This document shows positions 10,607 through 21,100 of a stretch of DNA of 64,000 nt, one piece after another. Location of the stretch: NCBI GenBank assembly GCA_947594065.1, contig CANQDX010000001.1, forward strand, positions 4,100 to 68,099, read 5' to 3'. The position numbers and the translations under genes were made by a program. This stretch comes from an uncultured Clostridia bacterium. Its GTDB lineage: Bacteria; Bacillota; Clostridia; TANB77; CAG-508. The first letter of the stretch is position 1, and each line of letters starts with the position of its first letter. The notes under the pieces were generated by a model. It had not been told where the DNA came from. It did not search any database and worked only from the letters and a program-made list of their open reading frames with translations.

Positions 10607-11167
10607 TTGAAAAAAAGCATCATTGTATTAATAATATTAGTTATTATACTTTTAGGTATAATTAATAATTTCAATATAAATAAAAAAATAGTATCATATT
10701 TTTATCCTAAAAAATATGAAGAATATATTTATCAATATTCTGAGGAACTTAAAATTGACCCAATGCTTGCATTTGCAATTGTAAAAACAGAGAGTAATTT
10801 TAATGAAAAGGTAGAGTCTAAAAGCGGCGCAATTGGGCTAATGCAGCTTATGGAAAATACAGCAAAAGAGCAGGCTCAAAAATTAGGTATTGAATTTTCA
10901 AAAGAAAAATTATATTATCCAGAGGTTAATTTGAAAATAGGACTTAATTATTTTAACTCATTGTTAGATTATTATAAACAAAATTATATTCTTGCTTTTA
11001 CAGCATATAATGCTGGTATAGGCAATGTTGAAAAGTGGATAAAAGATGGCACAATTAAACCTGATGGTAGCAATATAGAAAATATACCATTTAAAGAAAC
11101 AAATTTATATGTAAGAAAAATAATTAAAAATTATAATATGTATAAAAAGCTATATATGGTATCTTAA
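10607..11167 (+). CDS. lytic transglycosylase (SLT domain), membrane-anchored
   Basis: N-terminal TM helix. SLT motifs ESNFN (catalytic Glu), GAIGLMQLM and AYNAG. Confidence 0.75.
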   Translation: MKKSIIVLIILVIILLGIINNFNINKKIVSYFYPKKYEEYIYQYSEELKIDPMLAFAIVKTESNFNEKVESKSGAIGLMQLMENTAKEQAQKLGIEFSKEKLYYPEVNLKIGLNYFNSLLDYYKQNYILAFTAYNAGIGNVEKWIKDGTIKPDGSNIENIPFKETNLYVRKIIKNYNMYKKLYMVS

Positions 11168-11258
11168 TAAAAAAAGGAAAGATAATACAAGAACAAAAGA
11201 GAAAGTATTTCATATAATATACTATAGGAAATAAAAACCTATAAAGGAGGATGATTAT

Positions 11259-11663
11259 ATGGGATGCAAAAGGATTTGTAATGGATGCATTGTTTCTGCA
11301 ATTGTTTCATTGATATTAGCAATTCTTGCTGGTGTATTCTATAGCCCTGCAGTAGTAACAGGAATCGTTGCATTATTATACACAATTATTGGTCTTTCAG
11401 CATTATTTCTAATCTTTTTAATTGTAATTATTTTATCAGCTAAAAGATCTGAAAATGCTTGTGTATGCCAAAATGGTACTTGTTTATTAATTGGCTCTTT
11501 AGGAGCAATTATATCAGCCGCATTAACAATTGCACTAGCTGTATCTGCAACAGCTACAGCGGTATTAATAGGAATAGTAGCATTCTTTACAGTTTTAGCA
11601 ATTATACAATTCTTCTTATTAATATCTTGTTTAATAAAAACAAATTGTATGTATAATGATTAG
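11259..11663 (+). CDS. hypothetical Cys-rich small membrane protein (4 TM)
   Basis: 134 aa. N-terminal MGCKRICNGC, then CVCQNGTC between helices and SCLIKTNC at the C-terminus. It has its own ribosome-binding site (AAGGAGG) and is followed by a terminator. Confidence 0.4.
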   Translation: MGCKRICNGCIVSAIVSLILAILAGVFYSPAVVTGIVALLYTIIGLSALFLIFLIVIILSAKRSENACVCQNGTCLLIGSLGAIISAALTIALAVSATATAVLIGIVAFFTVLAIIQFFLLISCLIKTNCMYND

Positions 11664-11749
11664 TAATTGATATAACACCCATTAATTTCTAACAAAAAGA
11701 AATTGTAAAGGCTACTATTTTCTTAGTAGTCTTTACTAATGCTAAATAT

Positions 11750-11779
11750 AAAGTAAAGCTTTTGCTTTACTTTTTTTAT
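11750..11779 (+). terminator. rho-independent terminator
   Basis: AAAGTAAAGC tttt GCTTTACTTTTTTT: a 9-bp stem followed by a T-run. Confidence 0.6.
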
Positions 11780-11832
11780 ATTTATGATATAATTCTACTA
11801 GAATTGAAAAAAGAAAGGTATAATGTAAAAAA

Positions 11833-12897
11833 ATGGAGAAAAAAAAGCAGTTAGAATTTTTAAATACTCTTAGATTTTTAGCAGTAGTATGGATTGTTTT
11901 TGCGCATTTCAATTATCAATGTTTTTCAAATTATTACGAGCAAAATATTTTATCAGATTTATGCTATAACAGTAAATCATTTTTGTATTGGATTTTTTAT
12001 GGAATAACAGGAAAATATGCTGTAAGTATGATGTGTATCATTAGTGGTTTTCTTGTTGCTAAAAAGTTTTATAAAAAAGCAGTTGATTTTGGTAAATTTA
12101 TTTTTAACAGATATTTAAGACTAATGTTACCAATATTTGTAGTATGTACAATTTATACTATAATAATGTTATTTATAGGAAATACAATCTCAATATCATC
12201 ATATTTAAATGGAGTTTTATGGCCTGGAAATAATGGAATAAATGAACATTTAGGATATATTCTAGACTTTTTTATAGGCAATATTCTAATTGCATTATTA
12301 ACCTATTTATTTTCTAATAAAAAATATTTACCATTACTTTATATACCATTAATGCTTTTATTGTATTATATGGATAAAGTATGGATTTTATCAACAGTGG
12401 CAGGAGGACTTACTTATCAATTATGTGAAATATTAAAAGAAAAAAATCTATATAAATATTGGTATTTAATTATTCTTTTGCCAATTATATGGTTTATTCC
12501 TAGAGGTGAAGAATCAAGCTGGATTTATTTAATGGATACCATAGTATGCTCTTTAATTGTCTTAACTTTATACTGTTTACCTAAACTACAAAATGCTTTT
12601 AATTGGAATCATTTAAAAGATATAAAGAAAATAAGTTATTCTTTATTTATAACGCACGGATTAGTAAATAATTTATTATCTGGACATATTGTACTCTATT
12701 TCAAGAATATAAATATAATAGCAAATCCATATATAGTACAATTAGTTACATTTTTAATAGTTTTTGTAATAGATATAGTAATAGCAGGGCTTATTTACTA
12801 TTTTGTAGAATATAAATTATATAATTTAATTAATAAATGTTTATCAAATGTTGTAAATAATTATGAATTAATAGAAGGGGAAAAAAATGAAAAATAA
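11833..12897 (+). CDS. acyltransferase family 3 membrane protein
   Basis: N-terminus LEFLNTLRFLAVVWIVFAHF (Acyltransferase_3 signature), multi-TM. Confidence 0.6.
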   Translation: MEKKKQLEFLNTLRFLAVVWIVFAHFNYQCFSNYYEQNILSDLCYNSKSFLYWIFYGITGKYAVSMMCIISGFLVAKKFYKKAVDFGKFIFNRYLRLMLPIFVVCTIYTIIMLFIGNTISISSYLNGVLWPGNNGINEHLGYILDFFIGNILIALLTYLFSNKKYLPLLYIPLMLLLYYMDKVWILSTVAGGLTYQLCEILKEKNLYKYWYLIILLPIIWFIPRGEESSWIYLMDTIVCSLIVLTLYCLPKLQNAFNWNHLKDIKKISYSLFITHGLVNNLLSGHIVLYFKNINIIANPYIVQLVTFLIVFVIDIVIAGLIYYFVEYKLYNLINKCLSNVVNNYELIEGEKNEK

Positions 12898-14369
12898 AAT
12901 TACATTAAAACAAATCCATATAATTATTATGATTATTGGAACAATATTTATATTTGCAAGTGTATTCCATACAAATTTATGGTTTGATGAAGCTTATTCA
13001 GTTGGAATGGCAAATCAAACACTAGTAGATATTTGGAATATAGGAGGAAATGATGTACATCCGGTTTTATATTATTGGATGTTAAGATTTGTGAATATAT
13101 TAACAAATGGTTCTATTCTTGCATATAGATTATTTTCTGCATTGCCAATTGCTTTATTAGGATTATTAGGTTATACCCATATAAAAAAAGATTTTGGAGA
13201 AAAAACAGGTGTATTATTTTCTTTCCTATGTTATTTCTTACCAATGATGGCAGTATATGCTAATCAAATTAGAATGTATTCGTGGGCTATATACATAGTA
13301 ACAATCTTAGCAATTTACTCTTATAGAATCTATTTAGGACAAAGTAATAAAAAGAATTGGATTATATTTGGTTTATTTAGCACAGCTAGCATTTTTATTC
13401 ACTATTATGGGCTAATGGCAGCTGGCTTGATTAATCTTTTATTATTGATATTCTTAATTAAAAATAAAAAGTGGAAAGATCTAAAATATCAAATTTTCTG
13501 GGGAATTATACAAGTCATTTTATATCTACCTTGGCTTGTTTATTTAGCATCTCAAATGAAACACGTATCAAAGGGATTTTGGATTGGTTTTGATTTTAAT
13601 TCATTATTAGAACTAATTAGTTGCCAAATGACAGGAAAATATGCTAAGTGGAATTTATGGGTAGGAACTGTTGCAAATTTACTATTATTTGTTTACTTAG
13701 GAGTACTTATCTACAGAAATAGAAAAGATAAAACTATTAACTATAAACCAGTTATTTTATCTGTTCGGACTTTATATTGCAGTAATTATAGCAGCAGTAA
13801 TTATCACTCAAATTCTAACAACCCCAATTATATATTACCGTTATTTATTTGTAGTAACAGGATTATACATTTTTGCTGTTAGCTATTTATTATCTAAAGA
13901 AAAAAACATTCCAACAATATTAATAATATGTACCATCATTTTCGCATTAGGTGTAATGAATAATGTAATACAAATTAGGGAAAATTATGCTACAGAAAAT
14001 GGAAAACAAATTACATATTTAAAAGAAAATATAAGAGAAGGTGATTTATTAGTATACAGCAATATAGGAAATGGATCTATTTTTGCAGCTAATTTTAAAG
14101 ATAATAAGCAATATTTCTATAATGGTGCAAATTGGGGAGTAGAAGAAGCATATAAGGCGTGGGCTCCTCAGATGAATACATATATAACAACTGATTTCTT
14201 GCAAGAATTAGAGGGAAGAATATGGATTATAGATTCACAAGATAATGGATTTTATAATGAACTATTTAATACAGAAGACTTTAAATACATAAGTACAGCT
14301 TATTTCGATACACCATATCAAAATTATATATATAATATAACATTGATAGAAAGGGTAACAACAAAATAA
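12887..14369 (+). pseudogene. GT-C fold glycosyltransferase (ArnT/PMT-like) interrupted by a frameshift near 13745-13765
   Basis: N-terminus ...NLWFDEAYSVGMA (the DE motif of the first loop in the PMT/ArnT family). The upstream frame ends in the nonsense tail SNYSSSNYHSNSNNPNY. An alternative frame, open from 13701, reads as a TM helix LFGLYIAVIIAAVIITQ... and runs without a stop into ORF 13956-14369, the soluble C-terminal domain. The shift lies at a ttatttta run. Confidence 0.55.
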
Positions 14370-14475
14370 GGAATTTGTAACGAATATATAAAATAATATA
14401 ATAAAATTTAAAAAAATGATGCAAAATTTATATAAAGTATGATATGATAGAAAAAAATAAAAATGGAGGTTTTTA

Positions 14476-15182
14476 TGGAAAACATAAAATATAAGCGTGT
14501 ATTATTAAAACTTAGTGGTGAAGCCTTAGCTGGAGATCAAAAAACAGGAATTAATCCAGAAGTTATAGGAAAAATATGTGACCAAATTAAAGTTTTAATA
14601 AATTTAGGAGTGGAAGTTTCTATTGTAGTTGGTGGAGGAAATTTTTGGCGTGGAAAATATGGACTAAATATGGAAAGAACAACATCAGATTATATGGGAA
14701 TGTTGGCAACAGCAATGAATGGCTTAGCTCTTCAAGATTCATTAGAAGCAAGAGGAATTTACACTAGATTACAAACGGCAATTGAAATGCGAGAAATTGC
14801 AGAGCCATATATAAAAAGAAAAGCTCATAAACATTTAGAAAAGAAAAGAGTAGTTATTTTTGCGTGTGGAACAGGAAATCCATACTTTACAACTGATACT
14901 GCTGCAGCTTTAAGAGCAGCAGAAACAGATTCGCAAATTATTCTATTAGGTAAAACAATTGACGGTGTTTATAGTGCAGACCCAAAATTAGATCCAACAG
15001 CAACTAAATTTGATAAAATTTCATATTTAGATGTATTAAATAAAGATTTAAAAGTAATGGACTCAACTGCAACAGCTCTTTGCAAGGATAACAATATTCC
15101 AATTTTGGTTTTTGGAATTGCAAATCCTGAGAATATGGTTAGAGCTGTTAAGGGTGAAAATGTTGGTACAATTGTTGAATAA
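14476..15182 (+). CDS. pyrH: UMP kinase
   Basis: [12 protein letters not shown] and GGGNFWRG motifs. A GGAGG ribosome-binding site sits 5 nt before the ATG at 14476. Confidence 0.95.
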
Positions 15183-15196
15183 AGGAGAGGAAAAAA

Positions 15197-15745
15197 ATGG
15201 ATTTTAGTGAAATTGAAAGTAGAATGGATAAAACAATTGATGTTTTAAAACAAAATTTATCAGAAGTAAGAGCAGGAAGAGCTAATCCTGCAATATTAAA
15301 TAAAGTATCTGTAATGTATTATGGTGTACCTACACCAATTAATCAAGTAGCAGGAATTTCTGTTCCTGAAGCTAGATTAATAGTTATACAACCTTGGGAT
15401 GCAAGTATTTTAAAAGAAATAGAAAAAGCAATACTTAGCTCAGATATTGGAATTAATCCTAATAACGATGGAAAAGTAATTAGATTAGCATTTCCAGAAT
15501 TGACTGAAGAAAGAAGAAAAGATTTAGTAAAAGACATTAAAAAAATGGCAGAAGAATCTAAAGTTGCAGTAAGAGCAATTAGAAGAGATGGAATTGATAA
15601 AGCAAAAGCAATGCAAAAAAATAGTGAAATAACAGAAGATGATTTAAAAAATGCTGAAGATACAATTCAAAAACTTACAGATAAAAAGATAGAAGAAATA
15701 GACAAAATATTATCAGATAAAGAAAAAGAAGTAATGAGTGTATAA
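15197..15745 (+). CDS. frr: ribosome recycling factor
   Basis: 182 aa, RANPAILNKVSV...RRD. Conserved position after pyrH. Confidence 0.95.
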   Translation: MDFSEIESRMDKTIDVLKQNLSEVRAGRANPAILNKVSVMYYGVPTPINQVAGISVPEARLIVIQPWDASILKEIEKAILSSDIGINPNNDGKVIRLAFPELTEERRKDLVKDIKKMAEESKVAVRAIRRDGIDKAKAMQKNSEITEDDLKNAEDTIQKLTDKKIEEIDKILSDKEKEVMSV

Positions 15746-15773
15746 CTAAATAATATAAAAGGAAATATATATT

Positions 15774-16484
15774 ATGGAACAAATTAATAATTTACCAACA
15801 CATATTGCTATTATTATGGATGGCAATAGAAGATGGGCAAAACAAAGAAATTTAGATATAAGATATGGACATAAAAAAGGTGCAGAAACATTAGAAAATA
15901 TTGTTAAATATGCAAATAAAATAGGAATTAAATATTTAACTGTGTATGCTTTTTCAACAGAAAATTGGAAAAGAAGTAAAGAAGAAGTTGGAGCATTAAT
16001 GTTATTGTTGCAAAACTATTTAGATGATTTTTCGAAAAAGGCAGATACGGAAAATATTAGAATAAAAATGCTTGGAAACAAGGAAGGACTTTCTAAAGGA
16101 CTTTTAAAAAGTATTGATAATTCAATTAAAAAAACAGAAAATAATACAGGACTTACTTTTAATGTTGCATTTAATTATGGTGGAAGAGATGAGATAGTAA
16201 AAGCTGTAAGAAAAATTTCAGAAAAAGTAAAAGCTGGAGTTATTAAACCAGAAGAAATTGATGAACAATTAATATCAAATAACTTATATACTGAAAATAT
16301 GCCTGATCCAGACTTAATGATAAGGACAAGTGGAGAAATAAGAACAAGTAATTTTTTACCTTGGCAATTGGTATATTCAGAATTTTATTTTACAAATAAA
16401 TTATGGCCTGATTTTAGCCCAGAAGATTTAGATGATGCAATAAATGAATTCAATAAAAGAAATAGAAAATTTGGTGGCAAATAA
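15774..16484 (+). CDS. uppS: undecaprenyl diphosphate synthase (isoprenyl transferase)
   Basis: HIAIIMDGNRRWA, FSTENWKR and a C-terminal RNRKFGG. Confidence 0.95.
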   Translation: MEQINNLPTHIAIIMDGNRRWAKQRNLDIRYGHKKGAETLENIVKYANKIGIKYLTVYAFSTENWKRSKEEVGALMLLLQNYLDDFSKKADTENIRIKMLGNKEGLSKGLLKSIDNSIKKTENNTGLTFNVAFNYGGRDEIVKAVRKISEKVKAGVIKPEEIDEQLISNNLYTENMPDPDLMIRTSGEIRTSNFLPWQLVYSEFYFTNKLWPDFSPEDLDDAINEFNKRNRKFGGK

Positions 16485-16520
16485 AATAGAAAGATATATT
16501 ATAAGGAGGAATAAGAAAAT

Positions 16521-17330
16521 ATGGATCTTAGAAGAGTAACTTCAGCATTATTAGGCTTGCCTATGGTTGTTATTGTATTATTATTTGGTAATAAATATGT
16601 AATTGATGTTGCCTTATCCATTGTTGCAATTATTTCATTGCACGAATATTATCACGCATTTAGTAAATATAAACCAATAAAATGGTTAGGCTATTTAATA
16701 GCAATATTAATTTCTTTTATGCATCTTATTCCAACAGACCAATTATTCTATTATATTGGCATATCTATACCATTTATAATTGTTATATTATTTATTCAGT
16801 TAATATTAAAAGACTTAAAAATTTCAGTTGTAGATATAGCAATTACGTTATTTGGTATTTTATATATTGACCTTTTCATTATGTTTTTACCGCTTTTAGC
16901 AGGAACAAAAAATGGAAAAATATTAATATGGTATCCATTTTTCATTGCTTGGGGAACAGATATAATGGCATACTTTATTGGTAAAACACTAAAAATGGGA
17001 AAACATAAATTTAGTAAAATAAGTCCTAATAAATCAATAGAGGGATGTGTTGCTGGATTACTTGGAGGAGTTGTATTATCAATTATATACACAGCTTGTA
17101 TTAATAAATTCCTTCCAATTTATGTGCCTTATGAAAAAATATTAATTATTTCTATTTTATTAAGTATATTAGGACAATTTGGAGATTTTGCAGCATCTAG
17201 TATAAAAAGATTTGTTGGAATTAAAGATTTTAGCAATCTAATACCAGGACACGGTGGATTGCTAGATAGAATAGATAGTTTAATATTTATATCTCCATTT
17301 GCATACATATTATTAACAAGTATTATCTAG
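16521..17330 (+). CDS. cdsA: phosphatidate cytidylyltransferase
   Basis: Multi-TM protein with the CdsA C-terminal signature SSIKRFVGIKDFSNLIPGHGGLLDRIDS. Confidence 0.9.
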   Translation: MDLRRVTSALLGLPMVVIVLLFGNKYVIDVALSIVAIISLHEYYHAFSKYKPIKWLGYLIAILISFMHLIPTDQLFYYIGISIPFIIVILFIQLILKDLKISVVDIAITLFGILYIDLFIMFLPLLAGTKNGKILIWYPFFIAWGTDIMAYFIGKTLKMGKHKFSKISPNKSIEGCVAGLLGGVVLSIIYTACINKFLPIYVPYEKILIISILLSILGQFGDFAASSIKRFVGIKDFSNLIPGHGGLLDRIDSLIFISPFAYILLTSII

Positions 17331-17373
17331 ACAATAAAATTTATGACATAATAAAAAGCAGGAGGAACACATT

Positions 17374-18111
17374 TTGATTAGTTTTCTTGTAAGTGCCCTA
17401 AAAATAATAATTATGCTAGGATTTCTAGTATTTATACACGAAGGAGGACATTTCTTAGTTGCAAAATTTTTTAAAGTAAAAGTAAATGAATTTGCAATTG
17501 GATTTGGACCAACTATTTATACCAAAGAAAAAGGCGAGACCAAATATGCTCTTCGCCTTATTCCTTTGGGCGGATTTGTTAGCTTAGAAGGAGAGGAAGA
17601 ACACTCAGAAGAACAAGGTTCTTTTAGTCAAGTATCAATTCCCAAAAAAATAGCAATTGTGTCTGCTGGTGCAATTGTTAATATTTTGTTTGGATTATTG
17701 GTATATTTTATACTTTCCTCAACATTATGTGGAAATATTTACTATGGTTTATTAGATACAAAAGAATTTTCTCTATCAATTATTGATAATTTAAAAAGTT
17801 TATTTACAGGAGGAATTTCAGCAGACCAAATGGTAGGAATAGTCGGCATTTCAGATATTGTGGTTAGCACCAGTGGAATTTATGAATATTTATATATTGT
17901 TGCCTTAATTTCACTATCTCTTGGAGTAACCAATATTTTGCCTTTTCCACCATTAGATGGAGGAAAAATACTTATATATATTATAGAAGGAATCAGAAGA
18001 AAACCATTAAAAGAAGAAACAGAACTAAAAATTCAATCACTTGGTTTTTCTTTATTAATAGCTCTATCAATTTATGTTACGTATAATGATATTTTGAGAA
18101 TTTTTAAATAA
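17374..18111 (+). CDS. rseP: site-2 protease, M50 family (short RseP-like form without a PDZ domain)
   Basis: HEGGHFLVA (HExxH) and LPFPPLDGG motifs. Only 245 aa, with no PDZ insertion. Starts at a TTG with a GGAGG ribosome-binding site. Confidence 0.7.
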   Translation: MISFLVSALKIIIMLGFLVFIHEGGHFLVAKFFKVKVNEFAIGFGPTIYTKEKGETKYALRLIPLGGFVSLEGEEEHSEEQGSFSQVSIPKKIAIVSAGAIVNILFGLLVYFILSSTLCGNIYYGLLDTKEFSLSIIDNLKSLFTGGISADQMVGIVGISDIVVSTSGIYEYLYIVALISLSLGVTNILPFPPLDGGKILIYIIEGIRRKPLKEETELKIQSLGFSLLIALSIYVTYNDILRIFK

Positions 18112-18142
18112 TATAAAAACTTGAAGAAAGGGATAGGACAAA

Positions 18143-21100
18143 ATGATGCAACAGTTAAAATCTATAAAAGATGTATTTCCAGATTTAGAAACAGATATAT
18201 CAATTACTGATGCAAAAATAGAAAACGTAAATTTATATAAAAAAACAAATCAATTAGTTATAACGCTTATAGTAGAAAATAAAATTGATTTAATAAATAT
18301 ATATAAATTAGAAAACTATCTAAAAAATCGCTTTAAAATAAAAGAAGCTCAAGTAATTTTGAAAAATAATGAAGAATTTAACATAGAAATAGAATGGGAG
18401 AACATAATTAGATATATAAATGCAAAACATCCATTAACTAAGGCTATACTAATTAATAGCAAACCTGATTTAGACGGTAAAAACCTAAAAGTAGAGTTGG
18501 CTGTTAAGGGAAAAGACTTCCTTTCTGCAAGAGGATTTGAAAAAACATTAGAAGAAATAATTTTTGATTTTTTCGGACAAAAATATAAAGTAAATTATGT
18601 AGAAAACTTGAATGAAGATTTAATAAAAAAGTACGAAGAAAACGTTAAAAGAATAGAAAAAATGGCTGTTGAACTTGCAGAACAAGAAATAACAGATCAC
18701 TCAACAGAAAATAAAAAAACAAATAACAATACAGATGCTACTTCGCCAGCAAAAGAGCAAACAAGTGATGTAGTTCCACAATCTAGTCAAGAACCAGAAA
18801 ATACGCCTCTTATTTTAGGACGTTCTTTAACAATAAAAGAACAGTTGGTAAAAGTAGAAGATTTAGGTGTAGATTCAGGAAAAATATCTCTAGAAGGTGA
18901 AATAATTAATATGGATTCTAGGGAATTAAAAAGTGGAAAATATCTTGTAATGTTTGATTTATATGACGGGACAAGCACTATTACTTGTAAGGCATTTGTT
19001 CAACCAGATAATTTAAAAGAAGTAATGGGAAGGCTTAAAGGAGCAAAAGGTATAAAAATATCTGGAACTGCTCAATTTGATCCATTCAGCAAAGAATTAG
19101 GAGTTTTGGTAAATGTTATTATAGAAACACCGGGACGTAAAAAAGAAAAGAGAATGGACAATAGCGAGGAAAAAAGAGTTGAGTTGCATTTACATACACA
19201 AATGAGCCAAATGGATGGCGTATCTTCTGCTACCGATTTAATAAAAAGAGCAATGAGTTGGGGGATGAAAGCAATGGCAATTACAGATCACGCTGTTGTA
19301 CAAGCATTCCCGGATGCACATAAACTGTTAGGCAGAGATAATCCAGATATGAAAATTATTTATGGAGTAGAAGCTTATTTAGTACCTGATAAAACACCAA
19401 TTGTATCTAATCCCAAAGGACAAGATATAGATACTACTTATTGCGTATTAGATTTAGAAACAACAGGCTTATCTTTTAGAACAGAAAAAATAACAGAAGT
19501 AGGTATAATGAAGATAAAAAATGGAAAAGTAATCGACAGCTTTGAAACTTTTGTAAACCCTGAAAAACCAATACCATATAAAGTAGTTGAAGTTACTAAA
19601 ATTACAGATGATATGGTAAAAGATGCGCCTAAAATTGAAGAAGTATTTCCAAAAATATTAGACTTTATTGGAGATAGTGTATTAGTAGCACATAATGCAG
19701 ATTTTGATATAGGTTTTTTAAAGTATAATGCTACGGAATTAGGTTATAAATTTGAAAACACACATTTAGATACTTTACGTTTAGCAAAAGAATTATTTCC
19801 AGATTACAAAAAATATAAATTAGGAATTATAGCAGAAAATTTAGGTATAAAAGTAGAAGTTGCTCACCGTGCATTAGACGATGTTGATACTACCGTAAAA
19901 GTATTTAATGTAATGATAGATATGTTAAAAGAAAAGGGCGCTAAGAAGGTAGATGATATTGATAAGGTTTCAGTAGATGAAGCCTTTGAAAAGGATGCTT
20001 ATAAAAAGTTACCATCTTATCACGCTATTATTCTAGCGCAAAATTATGTTGGATTAAAAAATTTATACAAATTAGTGTCTATTTCACATCTTGATTATTT
20101 TTATAAAAAACCAAGAATTTTAAAAAGCTTATACAAAAAATATTCAGAAGGACTAATTATGGGTAGTGCCTGTGAGCAAGGCGAATTATATAGGGCAATT
20201 GTTGCAGGAAAAGACGAAGATGAAATAGAAAATATAGCCAGAGACTATGATTACTTAGAGATTCAACCACTTGGTAATAATGAGTTTATGGTAAGAGATG
20301 GTACAGTAGCAGATAGAGAAGCTTTAAAAGATATTAATAGAAGGATTGTTGCGTTAGGTGAGAAATTAAATAAATTAGTTGTTGCTACTTGTGATGTGCA
20401 TTTTATGGATCCACAAGATGAAATATATAGAAGAATTTTGCAAGCAGGACAAGGCTATGAAGATGCAGATCAGCAAGCTCCATTATATTTAAGAACAACC
20501 AATGAAATGTTAGAAGAATTTGAATATTTAGGAATGGACAAAGCTTATGAAGTAGTTGTTACAAATACAAATAAAATCGCTGATATGTGTGAAAGAATTT
20601 GCCCAATTTCGCCAGAAAAATGTCCACCACATATTCCTGGATGTGAAGAAACAATAAAAGAAATTGCTTATGGGAAAGCACACGAATTATACGGAGAAAA
20701 ATTACCACAAATAGTAGAAGATAGGTTAGAAAAGGAATTAAATTCAATTATAAAAAATGGTTTCTCAGTTATGTATATTATTGCACAAAAATTGGTATGG
20801 AAGTCAAATGAAGATGGCTATATAGTTGGCTCGAGAGGTTCTGTTGGTTCATCTTTTGTAGCAAATATGACAGGTATTACAGAAGTAAATTCATTACCTC
20901 CACATTATAGATGTCCAAATTGCAAGTATTCCGATTTTACAGACTATGGCTATAAAAACGGATTTGATTTACCAGATAAAGATTGCCCAGTATGCGGACA
21001 TAAACTAGCAAAAGATGGAATGGATATACCTTTTGAAACATTCTTAGGTTTTGATGGTGATAAAGAGCCAGATATAGACTTGAATTTTTCTGGAGAATAT

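Noticed and set aside
11459-11656. 65-aa alternative-frame ORF overlapping the Cys-rich membrane protein gene. The 69-aa ORF at 50067-50276 inside the ankyrin gene is similar.
   Set aside because: Both are same-strand out-of-frame overlaps with no independent ribosome-binding site. They are by-products of the primary frame.
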